Shown: one piece after another, positions 49,197-59,167 of the stretch
How positions within the stretch are numbered: the first letter of the stretch is position 1
Layout: each line of letters starts with the position of its first letter
NCBI RefSeq assembly: GCF_003334765.1
Contig: NZ_QOWT01000003.1
DNA: 64,000 nucleotides
DNA from: Escherichia coli
GTDB taxonomy: Bacteria > Pseudomonadota > Gammaproteobacteria > Enterobacterales > Enterobacteriaceae
Strand: one strand, 5' to 3'
Program-made: the position numbers and the translations under genes
Notes under the pieces: model-generated
What the model was told of the DNA's origin: nothing
Seen by the model: only the letters and a program-made list of their open reading frames with translations
Database searches by the model: none

Positions 49197-50474
49197 TTAC
49201 TTGCTGCTAGCCATTGCGGGGGCGCTATCAGCAGTACGAATTTTTTGGAACAGCAAAAAGGTAAAGACAATCACCATGCCAAGCGCCGCCATGCCCATCA
49301 GCCACATATTGCGGTAGGCTTCTGCAGCGGGCAGGGTGTCTTGCCAGTGGCCGATAATTGGGTAAACGAAGACATCCGGCAGGAATCCAATCACCGAACA
49401 AATACCTACCGTGGTGCCCATAATGTAAGACGGTGTTCTCGCTTCGCCAGGGCAGGCCCAGTACAGCCCGCGTGAGGCGTAACAGGTGAATCCCAGCAGT
49501 AAAATCAGGCCAATCCCCATCGCGACCGATTGCGGGTTAGAGTTCGTGACGAGCAGGGCAGTTAACGTCAGCAGGCCGAGTACGGAAAGGATTTGGATCA
49601 CGCGGGTAGGGGATTTCACTTTGCTGTAGGTGGTGATTATGCCGCCAAGTGGGCCGCACAGCGCGCGGAATATTTTGTTGATCACAATCCCCATGTAGCT
49701 CGCCGCCACCAGCGACATGCCATACATTTCGGTCAGATAGTTGGTGGAGTAACTCAGAATGGCGTAGATGGTGAAGACGCCAAAAATCACCATGCTGCAA
49801 TACCAGGTGGTGCTGATACGCAAAACGGCCAGGATGTCGCTAAGCTGGAATGACTGTTTTTCTTCGTTATTGGCACTGCGCAGGTTGTTGTTATCGCTAA
49901 CAAAAAACCAGCACAGAATCCCCAACAAGATGTAAACCACACTATAGATGATAATGACCGTTTTCAGGCTGGTGCTGTCATCCGGTGCAAAGCGAGAAAA
50001 GACCCACATGGTAAACACCGCCAGCGACATTACACCGACGCCGCGCAGCCCTTCCATCCAGCCCATAATTTTCCCTTGCTCGCTATGATCGCCAAGCAAC
50101 GATGCAGCTTTAATCGACACCGACCACAGCATTAAAATCGTCGTTATCGCAAAGGCGATCTGAATACAGAGCATTACCCACAGCGGTGGATACGTTGCCA
50201 TTAACAGACCCAGTAATCCGGTAATGATCATCGCGGAAGTAATCATTTTGCGGTGTGAAAATTTATCGGCAATAACGCCGCTGGGGGCATAAAGAATAAT
50301 GGCCGCAATACCAAAGGTACTCATTATTAAACCTATCTCGGTATTGCTGAATCCCATAAATTTCGCCATGGGAATTTGATAAATATAACGTAAATAAGCC
50401 AGGTCGAAACTAACGCCGCCGCTAAAACTAATTATCGCGAGGGTTATCCAACGGCGATATGAGTTGTGTTGCAT
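49197..50474 (-). CDS. yqcE: MFS transporter (substrate unknown)
   Basis: 425-aa polytopic membrane ORF; matches YqcE; co-oriented with ygcE. Confidence 0.85.
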   Translation of the reverse strand: MQHNSYRRWITLAIISFSGGVSFDLAYLRYIYQIPMAKFMGFSNTEIGLIMSTFGIAAIILYAPSGVIADKFSHRKMITSAMIITGLLGLLMATYPPLWVMLCIQIAFAITTILMLWSVSIKAASLLGDHSEQGKIMGWMEGLRGVGVMSLAVFTMWVFSRFAPDDSTSLKTVIIIYSVVYILLGILCWFFVSDNNNLRSANNEEKQSFQLSDILAVLRISTTWYCSMVIFGVFTIYAILSYSTNYLTEMYGMSLVAASYMGIVINKIFRALCGPLGGIITTYSKVKSPTRVIQILSVLGLLTLTALLVTNSNPQSVAMGIGLILLLGFTCYASRGLYWACPGEARTPSYIMGTTVGICSVIGFLPDVFVYPIIGHWQDTLPAAEAYRNMWLMGMAALGMVIVFTFLLFQKIRTADSAPAMASSK

Positions 50475-50653
50475 ATCGTATTCCCATTTGTAATAGACAA
50501 AAAAAAGAGAAAAGTAAGCCGCCCTTTCAGGTGGATTACTTTTCTCAGGTCTCTAGTAATTGAAATAATAAATAACATGGAAAGCAGAGGTGTTGTGTGA
50601 GAGTAATCACGCTTCTGCTTTTTAAAATTATTTGACAATACGAATATCACACT

Positions 50654-50669
50654 GTGATTACGATCACAT
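50654..50669. promoter_or_regulatory. Consensus CRP site in the yqcE/ygcW divergent region
   Basis: TGTGAttacgaTCACA, a perfect TGTGA-N6-TCACA. Coordinates approximate. Confidence 0.6.
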
Positions 50670-50720
50670 TAGCAGTTATGCCCTTATGCTAAAAATTATC
50701 TCCAGTTACCAGAGATAATG

Positions 50721-50768
50721 AGAAAGGTAACTTCCCTCTCGCGGGGGAAGTTACCTTTCTTTTTTTTT
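50721..50768 (+). terminator. Strong intrinsic terminator hairpin in the ygcW 5' leader (candidate attenuator)
   Basis: agaaaggtaacttccc-tctcgcgg-gggaagttacctttct, a perfect 16-bp stem, followed by about 9 T; ends about 25 nt before the ygcW ATG; no upstream + strand gene to terminate. Confidence 0.7.
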
Positions 50769-50792
50769 GCCTTACGGAAATTGGAGCTAACT

Positions 50793-51578
50793 ATGTCAAT
50801 CGAATCTCTCAATGCGTTCTCAATGGATTTTTTCTCCCTGAAAGGTAAAACCGCAATTGTTACCGGTGGGAATAGCGGTTTAGGCCAGGCATTTGCCATG
50901 GCGTTGGCCAAAGCTGGCGCAAATATCTTTATTCCTAGTTTCGTCAAAGATAACGGCGAAACAAAGGAAATGATTGAAAAACAGGGTGTTGAGGTGGACT
51001 TCATGCAGGTGGATATCACCGCAGAAGGCGCGCCGCAGAAGATTATCGCTGCTTGCTGTGAGCGTTTCGGTACAGTTGATATTCTGGTTAACAATGCCGG
51101 TATTTGTAAGCTGAATAAGGTGCTGGACTTCGGTCGTGCCGACTGGGATCCGATGATTGATGTGAACCTGACCGCCGCATTCGAGTTAAGCTATGAAGCT
51201 GCAAAAATTATGATCCCGCAGAAAAGCGGCAAAATTATTAATATCTGTTCATTGTTCTCTTACTTAGGTGGACAATGGTCACCTGCATATTCTGCCACTA
51301 AACATGCTCTTGCCGGGTTCACCAAAGCTTATTGTGATGAACTAGGTCAATATAATATTCAGGTAAATGGTATCGCCCCTGGCTATTATGCAACAGATAT
51401 TACGCTGGCGACACGCAGTAATCCAGAAACCAATCAGCGCGTTCTTGATCATATTCCGGCAAACCGTTGGGGCGATACTCAGGATTTAATGGGCGCAGCC
51501 GTATTCCTCGCAAGTCCGGCATCGAATTATGTCAACGGGCATTTATTAGTGGTTGATGGCGGTTATTTAGTGCGCTAA
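50793..51578 (+). CDS. ygcW: Short-chain dehydrogenase/reductase (KduD-like)
   Basis: ORF-track frame 50718..51578; the 261-aa product starts at the ATG at 50793 (MSIESLNAF...), with Rossmann motif TGGNSGLG and catalytic YxxxK. Confidence 0.88.
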   Translation: MSIESLNAFSMDFFSLKGKTAIVTGGNSGLGQAFAMALAKAGANIFIPSFVKDNGETKEMIEKQGVEVDFMQVDITAEGAPQKIIAACCERFGTVDILVNNAGICKLNKVLDFGRADWDPMIDVNLTAAFELSYEAAKIMIPQKSGKIINICSLFSYLGGQWSPAYSATKHALAGFTKAYCDELGQYNIQVNGIAPGYYATDITLATRSNPETNQRVLDHIPANRWGDTQDLMGAAVFLASPASNYVNGHLLVVDGGYLVR

Positions 51579-51647
51579 CCCATAACGGTGGTTTCTGTTT
51601 TCTCTTATTAATGATTATTCCATTTTTATTATCAGGAAGGAATTACT

Positions 51648-53102
51648 ATGTCTTTATCTCGCGCAGCGATTGTCGACCAGCTAAAGGAAATTGTTGGTGC
51701 AGATCGCGTAATTACCGATGAAACAGTATTAAAGAAAAACAGTATTGACCGTTTTCGTAAATTTCCGGATATTCATGGCATTTATACTTTGCCGATTCCG
51801 GCAGCGGTCGTAAAACTCGGTTCCACAGAGCAAGTATCCCGTGTGCTGAATTTTATGAATGCGCACAAAATTAACGGTGTGCCGCGTACCGGTGCTTCCG
51901 CCACCGAAGGTGGGCTGGAAACTGTTGTAGAAAACTCGGTGGTGCTCGACGGCTCCGCCATGAATCAAATCATTAATATTGATATTGAGAATATGCAGGC
52001 GACGGCGCAATGTGGTGTTCCGCTGGAAGTGCTGGAAAACGCGTTGCGTGAAAAAGGTTACACCACGGGGCATTCTCCGCAGTCAAAGCCGCTGGCGCAG
52101 ATGGGCGGCCTGGTAGCAACCCGAAGTATCGGGCAGTTCTCCACACTCTACGGCGCAATCGAAGATATGGTCGTTGGTCTGGAAGCAGTATTGGCTGATG
52201 GCACCGTCACACGCATTAAAAACGTGCCACGCCGCGCGGCTGGCCCGGACATTCGTCACATCATCATCGGCAACGAAGGTGCATTGTGCTATATCACTGA
52301 AGTAACAGTGAAAATCTTTAAATTCACCCCGGAAAACAACCTCTTCTACGGCTATATCCTGGAAGACATGAAAACCGGCTTCAACATCCTGCGTGAAATC
52401 ATGGTGGAAGGGTATCGTCCGTCAATCGCTCGTTTGTATGACGCTGAAGATGGCACCCAACACTTCACCCATTTTGCCGACGGAAAATGCGTGCTGATCT
52501 TTATGGCTGAAGGTAACCCTCGCATTGCGAAGGTGACGGGCGAAGGGATTGCGGAAATCGTTGCCCGCTACCCGCAATGCCAGCGCGTGGACAGCAAGCT
52601 GATCGAAACCTGGTTTAACAACCTGAACTGGGGACCGGATAAAGTGGCTGCCGAACGTGTGCAGATCCTCAAAACCGGCAACATGGGCTTTACCACCGAA
52701 GTATCCGGCTGCTGGAGCTGCATCCACGAAATCTACGAAAGCGTTATTAACCGTATTCGTACTGAGTTCCCGCACGCCGACGACATCACCATGCTGGGCG
52801 GTCATTCCTCTCATAGCTATCAGAACGGCACCAACATGTACTTCGTCTACGATTACAACGTCGTTGACTGTAAGCCGGAAGAGGAAATCGACAAGTACCA
52901 CAATCCGCTCAACAAGATCATCTGTGAAGAAACCATTCGCCTCGGCGGTTCGATGGTGCACCACCACGGTATCGGTAAACATCGCGTTCACTGGAGCAAA
53001 CTGGAACACGGCAGCGCGTGGGCGTTGCTGGAAGGGCTGAAAAAGCAGTTCGATCCTAATGGCATTATGAATACGGGTACTATCTATCCGATTGAAAAAT
53101 AA
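51648..53102 (+). CDS. ygcU: FAD-linked oxidoreductase (FAD-binding PCMH type)
   Basis: 484-aa ORF matching YgcU. Confidence 0.85.
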   Translation: MSLSRAAIVDQLKEIVGADRVITDETVLKKNSIDRFRKFPDIHGIYTLPIPAAVVKLGSTEQVSRVLNFMNAHKINGVPRTGASATEGGLETVVENSVVLDGSAMNQIINIDIENMQATAQCGVPLEVLENALREKGYTTGHSPQSKPLAQMGGLVATRSIGQFSTLYGAIEDMVVGLEAVLADGTVTRIKNVPRRAAGPDIRHIIIGNEGALCYITEVTVKIFKFTPENNLFYGYILEDMKTGFNILREIMVEGYRPSIARLYDAEDGTQHFTHFADGKCVLIFMAEGNPRIAKVTGEGIAEIVARYPQCQRVDSKLIETWFNNLNWGPDKVAAERVQILKTGNMGFTTEVSGCWSCIHEIYESVINRIRTEFPHADDITMLGGHSSHSYQNGTNMYFVYDYNVVDCKPEEEIDKYHNPLNKIICEETIRLGGSMVHHHGIGKHRVHWSKLEHGSAWALLEGLKKQFDPNGIMNTGTIYPIEK

Positions 53103-53195
53103 TGTGTCAGGCAGCGTTCCGCGATGACGGGGCGTTGCCTTTTCGGCTTCTCAGGCGAGAAGCCGTTCTTATTACCGGACAATGAAGGGGTAAAG

Positions 53196-54533
53196 ATGAA
53201 CACTTCACCGGTGCGAATGGATGATTTACCGCTTAACCGTTTTCACTGCCGCATTGCTGCGCTCACTTTCGGCGCACACCTGACCGACGGTTATGTTCTC
53301 GGCGTCATTGGTTACGCCATTATTCAGCTTACGCCCGCCATGCAACTGACGCCGTTTATGGCGGGAATGATCGGCGGCTCGGCGCTCCTTGGTTTGTTCC
53401 TTGGCAGCCTGGTTCTTGGGTGGATCTCCGACCATATTGGTCGGCAAAAAATCTTCACCTTCAGCTTTTTGCTGATTACGCTTGCTTCGTTTTTACAATT
53501 TTTTGCCACCACGCCAGAGCATCTTATTGGACTGCGCATTTTGATTGGCATTGGTCTGGGAGGCGATTATTCAGTAGGTCACACCTTGCTGGCTGAATTT
53601 TCCCCGCGCCGCCATCGCGGTATTTTGCTGGGCGCATTCAGCGTGGTGTGGACCGTAGGCTATGTGCTGGCAAGTATTGCCGGACATCACTTTATTTCCG
53701 AAAACCCGGAGGCCTGGCGCTGGCTACTGGCATCGGCAGCTCTGCCCGCGTTGTTGATTACGTTATTACGCTGGGGAACGCCAGAATCACCACGCTGGCT
53801 ACTGCGCCAGGGGCGTTTTGCAGAAGCTCACGCTATCGTGCATCGCTATTTTGGTCCCCATGTTTTACTGGGCGATGAAGTGGTAACGGCGACCCATAAA
53901 CACATCAAAACCTTGTTCTCTTCGCGTTACTGGCGGCGCACGGCGTTTAACAGCGTCTTCTTTGTCTGCCTCGTAATCCCATGGTTTGTGATTTATACCT
54001 GGCTGCCAACTATCGCCCAGACTATTGGTCTGGAAGATGCGCTGACTGCCAGCCTGATGCTTAATGCGTTGTTAATTGTGGGCGCGCTGCTGGGATTAGT
54101 TCTGACGCACCTGCTGGCACATCGCAAATTTTTGCTGGGAAGTTTTTTGCTGCTGGCGGCAACGCTGGTAGTCATGGCCTGTTTGCCTTCCGGCAGTTCA
54201 TTAACGCTGCTGCTTTTTGTTCTCTTCAGCACCACCATTTCGGCAGTCAGTAATCTGGTGGGCATTTTGCCTGCGGAAAGTTTTCCTACTGACATTCGCT
54301 CGCTGGGCGTCGGTTTTGCCACTGCCATGAGTCGACTTGGCGCGGCGGTAAGTACTGGCCTGCTGCCGTGGGTGCTGGCGCAGTGGGGAATGCAAGTCAC
54401 CTTATTGCTCCTGGCGACAGTGTTGTTGGTTGGTTTTGTTGTGACCTGGCTATGGGCACCAGAAACTAAAGCCCTCCCGCTGGTGGCGGCGGGAAATGTA
54501 GGAGGTGCGAATGAACATTCTGTTAGCGTTTAA
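53196..54533 (+). CDS. ygcS: MFS sugar-porter-family transporter
   Basis: ORF-track frame 53124..54533; the 445-aa product starts at the ATG at 53196 (MNTSPVRMDDLPLNRFH...). Confidence 0.85.
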   Translation: MNTSPVRMDDLPLNRFHCRIAALTFGAHLTDGYVLGVIGYAIIQLTPAMQLTPFMAGMIGGSALLGLFLGSLVLGWISDHIGRQKIFTFSFLLITLASFLQFFATTPEHLIGLRILIGIGLGGDYSVGHTLLAEFSPRRHRGILLGAFSVVWTVGYVLASIAGHHFISENPEAWRWLLASAALPALLITLLRWGTPESPRWLLRQGRFAEAHAIVHRYFGPHVLLGDEVVTATHKHIKTLFSSRYWRRTAFNSVFFVCLVIPWFVIYTWLPTIAQTIGLEDALTASLMLNALLIVGALLGLVLTHLLAHRKFLLGSFLLLAATLVVMACLPSGSSLTLLLFVLFSTTISAVSNLVGILPAESFPTDIRSLGVGFATAMSRLGAAVSTGLLPWVLAQWGMQVTLLLLATVLLVGFVVTWLWAPETKALPLVAAGNVGGANEHSVSV

Positions 54534-55290
54534 AGCCGAACCGGATGCCGGAATGCTGGCGGAAAAAGAGTGGCAGGCGGCGGCTCAGGGTAAAAGCGGA
54601 CCGGATATTTCGCTACTGCGAAGTTTACTCGGTGCTGATGAACAGGCCGCTGCCGCGCTGCTGTTGGCGCAGAGAAAAAACGGTACGCCGATGTCTTTAA
54701 CCGCGTTGAGCATGGGGGATGAACGGGCATTGCACTGGCTGCGCTATCTCATGGCTCTTGGGTTTGAGGAAGCTGTATTGCTGGAGACGGCGGCAGATCT
54801 GCGCTTTGCGCCGGAATTTGTCGCTCGCCATATTGCCGAATGGCAGCATCAGAATCCGCTGGATCTGATAATTACCGGCTGCCAAAGCAGCGAAGGGCAG
54901 AATGGGCAAACGCCATTTTTGCTGGCGGAAATGCTGGGCTGGCCCTGCTTCACCCAGGTGGAGCGTTTCACTCTCGACGCGCTGTTTATCACCCTCGAAC
55001 AGCGTACTGAACATGGGTTGCGTTGTTGCCGGGTTCGCTTGCCTGCGGTGATTGCCGTGCGTCAGTGCGGTGAAGTGGCCTTGCCAGTACCGGGAATGCG
55101 CCAGCGAATGGCTGCGGGGAAAGCAGAAATTATCCGTAAAACTGTTGCTGCCGAAATGCCAGCGATGCAGTGTCTGCAACTGGCAAGAGCAGAGCAACGA
55201 CGCGGAGCGACGCTGATTGATGGGCAAACGGTAGCAGAAAAAGCTCAAAAGCTATGGCAGGACTATTTACGCCAAAGGATGCAGCCATGA
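54511..55290 (+). CDS. ygcR: Electron-transfer-flavoprotein beta-subunit-like protein
   Basis: ORF-track frame 54505..55290 (GTG); the ATG at 54511 is preceded by GGAGG; matches YgcR; overlaps the ygcS 3' end. Confidence 0.85.
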   Translation: MNILLAFKAEPDAGMLAEKEWQAAAQGKSGPDISLLRSLLGADEQAAAALLLAQRKNGTPMSLTALSMGDERALHWLRYLMALGFEEAVLLETAADLRFAPEFVARHIAEWQHQNPLDLIITGCQSSEGQNGQTPFLLAEMLGWPCFTQVERFTLDALFITLEQRTEHGLRCCRVRLPAVIAVRQCGEVALPVPGMRQRMAAGKAEIIRKTVAAEMPAMQCLQLARAEQRRGATLIDGQTVAEKAQKLWQDYLRQRMQP

Positions 55291-56147
55291 ATATCGCAAT
55301 TGTGACAATAAATCAGGAGAATGCCGCAATAGCAAGCTGGCTGGCGGCGCAGGATTTCAGCGGTTGTACCCTGGCGCACTGGCAGATTGAACCTCAGCCT
55401 GTAGTGGCGGAACAGGTGCTGGATGCGTTGGTGGAACAGTGGCAGCGAACGCCTGCGGACGTTGTTCTCTTTCCGCCGGGAACGTTTGGCGATGAACTGT
55501 CGACCCGGCTGGCCTGGCGTTTACATGGTGCAAGCATCTGCCAGGTGACTTCGTTAGATATTCCAACCGTAAGCGTGCGCAAATCCCACTGGGGAAATGC
55601 GCTAACGGCGACGCTGCAAACAGAAAAACGCCCGCTATGCCTTTCCCTGGCGCGTCAGGCGGGAGCAGCGAAAAACGCCACGTTGCCCTCTGGAATGCAA
55701 CAACTGAACATTGTCCCGGGTGCGCTTCCGGACTGGCTGGTTAGCACAGAGGATCTGAAAAATGTTACCCGCGACCCATTAGCTGAGGCCAGACGGGTGC
55801 TGGTGGTGGGGCAGGGCGGAGAGGCAGATAACCAGGAAATCGCTATGCTGGCAGAAAAGCTGGGAGCCGAAGTGGGCTACAGTCGGGCGCGAGTGATGAA
55901 CGGTGGCGTTGATGCTGAAAAAGTGATTGGTATTTCCGGACATCTGCTGGCACCTGAGGTGTGTATTGTTGTTGGCGCTTCTGGCGCAGCAGCGTTAATG
56001 GCGGGCGTACGCAATAGCAAGTTTGTGGTGGCGATTAATCATGACGCCAGCGCTGCGGTATTTTCACAGGCAGATGTTGGCGTGGTTGATGACTGGAAAG
56101 TGGTGCTGGAGGCACTGGTGACAAACATTCACGCAGATTGCCAATAA
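55287..56147 (+). CDS. ygcQ: Electron-transfer-flavoprotein alpha-subunit-like protein
   Basis: ORF-track frame 55254..56147; ATG at 55287 (MNIAIVTINQ...) overlaps the ygcR stop (ATGA). Confidence 0.85.
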   Translation: MNIAIVTINQENAAIASWLAAQDFSGCTLAHWQIEPQPVVAEQVLDALVEQWQRTPADVVLFPPGTFGDELSTRLAWRLHGASICQVTSLDIPTVSVRKSHWGNALTATLQTEKRPLCLSLARQAGAAKNATLPSGMQQLNIVPGALPDWLVSTEDLKNVTRDPLAEARRVLVVGQGGEADNQEIAMLAEKLGAEVGYSRARVMNGGVDAEKVIGISGHLLAPEVCIVVGASGAAALMAGVRNSKFVVAINHDASAAVFSQADVGVVDDWKVVLEALVTNIHADCQ

Positions 56148-56153
56148 CGTGTT

Positions 56154-56260
56154 GCCGGATGATCCTGCCTACGGTTCTGGCCTGGGGACTTGTAGGCCTG
56201 ATAAGACGCGTCAAGCGTCGCATCAGGCGCTGAATGTCGGATGTGGCGTGCGGCCTACAA
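56154..56260. repeat. REP/BIME cluster (about 3 REP units)
   Basis: gccggatgatcctgcctacgg / tgtaggcctgataagacgcgtcaagcgtcgcatcaggcgc / gtcggatgtggcgtgcggcctacaa between convergent ygcQ and ygcP. Coordinates approximate. Confidence 0.8.
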
Positions 56261-56294
56261 ATCAAACCAAATTCAATTGGTTACGATTATCCCG

Positions 56295-56870
56295 TCAAAG
56301 TAATTTTTTCGCTAACGTCCAGACCCCGGTATTCGTGGTGGAAAGCGCCACGACACCCGCGTTAATCGCATTACGCGCATCTTCTTCATCGCACACCAGC
56401 CCACCGGCAATCAGCGGTTGGCGGATTTTCTCTGTCACCCAGCCCAGCACTTTGGGCATACAGCCTGGCAGGATCTCAATACAATCCGGATTCGATTGCG
56501 CAACTTGCTTATCAATGTTGTGAAACGAAATTGAATCAACAATAAACAGGCGATGAATACAGAAAAAACCTTCCGCTCTTGCCGCTTTCAACATTGAGGC
56601 TTTGGTACTGATAATGCCGTCCGCCTCGGTCACCAGTTTCAAAAACTGAATAACGACTTCTTTATTTGACGCGCCTTCCAGCAAATCAACATGAATAAAA
56701 GCATATTTCCCGGCGTTCTTAATCTTTTTAACGATATTACTGATGGTGCAGATATTGCCGTACAACACGGAAATAAATTGGCATTCAGAATCGATTGCCA
56801 GTTGCAGGCTGGCATTATCTTTAACGGCAGCAATCACCGGATTCTGGCGGAGCAGGTGTAAGAGGGGCAT
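56295..56870 (-). CDS. ygcP: GlpP-family (glycerol-3-phosphate-responsive antiterminator-like) regulator
   Basis: 191-aa ORF matching YgcP. Confidence 0.85.
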   Translation of the reverse strand: MPLLHLLRQNPVIAAVKDNASLQLAIDSECQFISVLYGNICTISNIVKKIKNAGKYAFIHVDLLEGASNKEVVIQFLKLVTEADGIISTKASMLKAARAEGFFCIHRLFIVDSISFHNIDKQVAQSNPDCIEILPGCMPKVLGWVTEKIRQPLIAGGLVCDEEDARNAINAGVVALSTTNTGVWTLAKKLL

Positions 56871-56886
56871 AAATTATCCTTATTAT

Positions 56887-57147
56887 TTATCCAAAGCGGT
56901 AGGTGATGCCGAATCCGGAAGGCGGATAGCGCCACTGTTGTAGTGTTGATTCGTCGCACAGCAAACGGCAGGTGCCACACTCCAGGCAACTGCGATAGTC
57001 AATACGTAAGTTACCTTCCGGTGTGAGCGAAAAAAGACCTGCCGGACAGGCGTTAATCAACCGTTCTGCCGTCTGGCGCTCAACGGAGTCAGCCGGAACA
57101 ATGTGCGGCGCATCAGCAACGCGCCAGAGATTACGGGCTACAGACAT
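56887..57147 (-). CDS. ygcO: Ferredoxin-like protein (FixX-like)
   Basis: ORF-track frame 56887..57183; the 86-aa product starts at the ATG at 57147 (MSVARNLWRV...), with Cys cluster C..C..C...C. Confidence 0.82.
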   Translation of the reverse strand: MSVARNLWRVADAPHIVPADSVERQTAERLINACPAGLFSLTPEGNLRIDYRSCLECGTCRLLCDESTLQQWRYPPSGFGITYRFG

Positions 57148-58409
57148 CGCAGACTCCTGATAACATCGCCCGCCAGATGCCACAGGCCGTGACGACGTAA
57201 ATGATGCCAGAATAACTGGCGCAGCGGTGGAACAGGTTTATCACCCTGATCCCATAAATCGCGGGAAATATCCTGCATTAACGCAGGCCACGTACGGTAC
57301 CATCCCGGGCGTTGCAAAAGCGCCGGAACATGCTGATAACGCTGTAGAACATCCCACAGCAGGCTGCGCTCTACGTTGTGATGATAAAGCGGAAACAGAT
57401 TTTGCGGCTCGCGGTGCTGGCAGGCGCTTATCAGCGTTTGTGCCGCCGCCTGCGCGCCAGTCAGCGCCATATCCATGCCGCGCACGGAAATTCCGGTATT
57501 GACGCAACTGCGCAACGCATCGCCCACCAGCAGCCAGCCGTTACCGGCGTATTGCACCGGCATACTGTGCAAGCCACCTTCTGGCACCAGATGCGCACCA
57601 TACTCCAGTGATTCCGTGTTTTTGATAAGCGGGCGCACTGCCGGATGCGCTTTAAAGCGAGTCAGCAGCTCGCTTGCCGGAACACGACTTTGCGTAAGGG
57701 AAGAGAGCGGGCAAACAATCCCTAACGAGAGCGTTTGTTGATTAGTATAAAGAAATGCGCCGCCGGGTAAGTCATCACAGATCCTGCCGCTGAACAGCAA
57801 CGCTGCGCCTTCGTTATTCTCCAGATGAAAACGTTCTTCAATAGCGGATGTTTCCAGCGACAGCACTTCTTTGATCCCCAACGCCATCGCTTCGCCAGCA
57901 GGACGAGCCACTAACCCGTGACGTTCAGCCAGGACGCTGTTGGCACCTTCTGCCAGCACCACATAACGGGCGCGGAGAATATCGTCACCACAAATAACGC
58001 CACAGACTCTGCCGTTTTCTTCATACAGTGCATCCACCGTCGCTCCGGGGATGCATTCGACACCTTCTTTTTCGGCTTCGGCAACCAGCCACGGATCGAA
58101 TCGTGCACGTAATACACTCCAGGATTCACCGCCGGGCTGTAAGCTGGAAAACGTCGTTACGCCATCGGGCGTTAACAGGGAAAGGCTTTCGTGAGTGATG
58201 CGTCGTTCAAGAGGCGCGGTCAGATGAAATTGCGGGAGGAGTTCCGCGAGTGCATGGGTATATAACCGCCCGCCGGAAAGATTTTTGCTGCCGGGGATTT
58301 CAGCGCGTTCCAGTAACAAAACGGATAAACCCGCTCGCGCGCAGCGTAACGCGCAAGCGGTGCCTGCAATACCGGCACCAATAATAATAATGTCGCAGTC
58401 GTCTTCCAT
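57138..58409 (-). CDS. ygcN: FAD-dependent oxidoreductase (ETF-QO / FixC-like)
   Basis: ORF-track frame 57138..58439; the 423-aa product starts at the ATG at 58409 (MEDDCDIIIIGAGIAGTACA, FAD GxGxxG). Confidence 0.85.
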   Translation of the reverse strand: MEDDCDIIIIGAGIAGTACALRCARAGLSVLLLERAEIPGSKNLSGGRLYTHALAELLPQFHLTAPLERRITHESLSLLTPDGVTTFSSLQPGGESWSVLRARFDPWLVAEAEKEGVECIPGATVDALYEENGRVCGVICGDDILRARYVVLAEGANSVLAERHGLVARPAGEAMALGIKEVLSLETSAIEERFHLENNEGAALLFSGRICDDLPGGAFLYTNQQTLSLGIVCPLSSLTQSRVPASELLTRFKAHPAVRPLIKNTESLEYGAHLVPEGGLHSMPVQYAGNGWLLVGDALRSCVNTGISVRGMDMALTGAQAAAQTLISACQHREPQNLFPLYHHNVERSLLWDVLQRYQHVPALLQRPGWYRTWPALMQDISRDLWDQGDKPVPPLRQLFWHHLRRHGLWHLAGDVIRSLRCL

Positions 58410-58486
58410 GTCATGCCCCAGATATCCAGAACACAACACCCTAACATAGCGTTACTTAAGGGAAATTGACCGCCGACACACTCTTA

Positions 58487-58852
58487 TCATTCGCCGCGAT
58501 AGATACAACCTGCGGTGCAGGTTTCTTTTACCATCACCGCACTTAACAGCGGCACAACGGGTTTAACCTGATCCCAAATCCATTTTGCTAAAACCTCGCT
58601 GGTTGGGTTTTCCAGACCTGGAATATCATTGAGATAATGGTGATCGAGGCGCTCGTAGGTTGGTTTAAACGCCGCTTTTAGTTCAGCGAAATCGATAATC
58701 CAGCCCGTATGCGGATCGACTTCCCCGGTAATTTCCAGTCGCACCATAAAGGAATGCCCGTGCAGGCGACCACATTTATGCCCTTCCGGGACGTGTGGTA
58801 AGCGGTGAGCGGCTTCGAAGGTGAAATCTTTAAATAACGTGGTGGACATCAT
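58487..58852 (-). CDS. queD: 6-carboxy-5,6,7,8-tetrahydropterin synthase
   Basis: ORF-track frame 58487..58936 (TTG); the 121-aa product starts at the ATG at 58852 ([34 protein letters not shown]). Confidence 0.9.
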   Translation of the reverse strand: MMSTTLFKDFTFEAAHRLPHVPEGHKCGRLHGHSFMVRLEITGEVDPHTGWIIDFAELKAAFKPTYERLDHHYLNDIPGLENPTSEVLAKWIWDQVKPVVPLLSAVMVKETCTAGCIYRGE

Positions 58853-59167
58853 AATTTCTCTACAGGACGATAAAACCGCCGTAGAGTACCGGAAAGGCTG
58901 TTTTTTCGCATTATCTAAAACGACTTTGTTGCGCAAAATCGCTGATTTATCTTAATGATTGGCTAAATTCATTTGTTTTTCATTAGGTTGGTTAATCTAT
59001 TTTGTTGTTAAAGACTATTGCTAAAACAGGTTAGTCGATTTGGTTATTAGTTATCGCTATCCCGTCTTTAATCCACACCGTTTGCCCCGTTAACCTTACC
59101 TTCTCTTCTGTTTTATGGGCGCTGACAGGGCGCAGAAACAGCTTTGCTTACTGGAACATAACGACGC

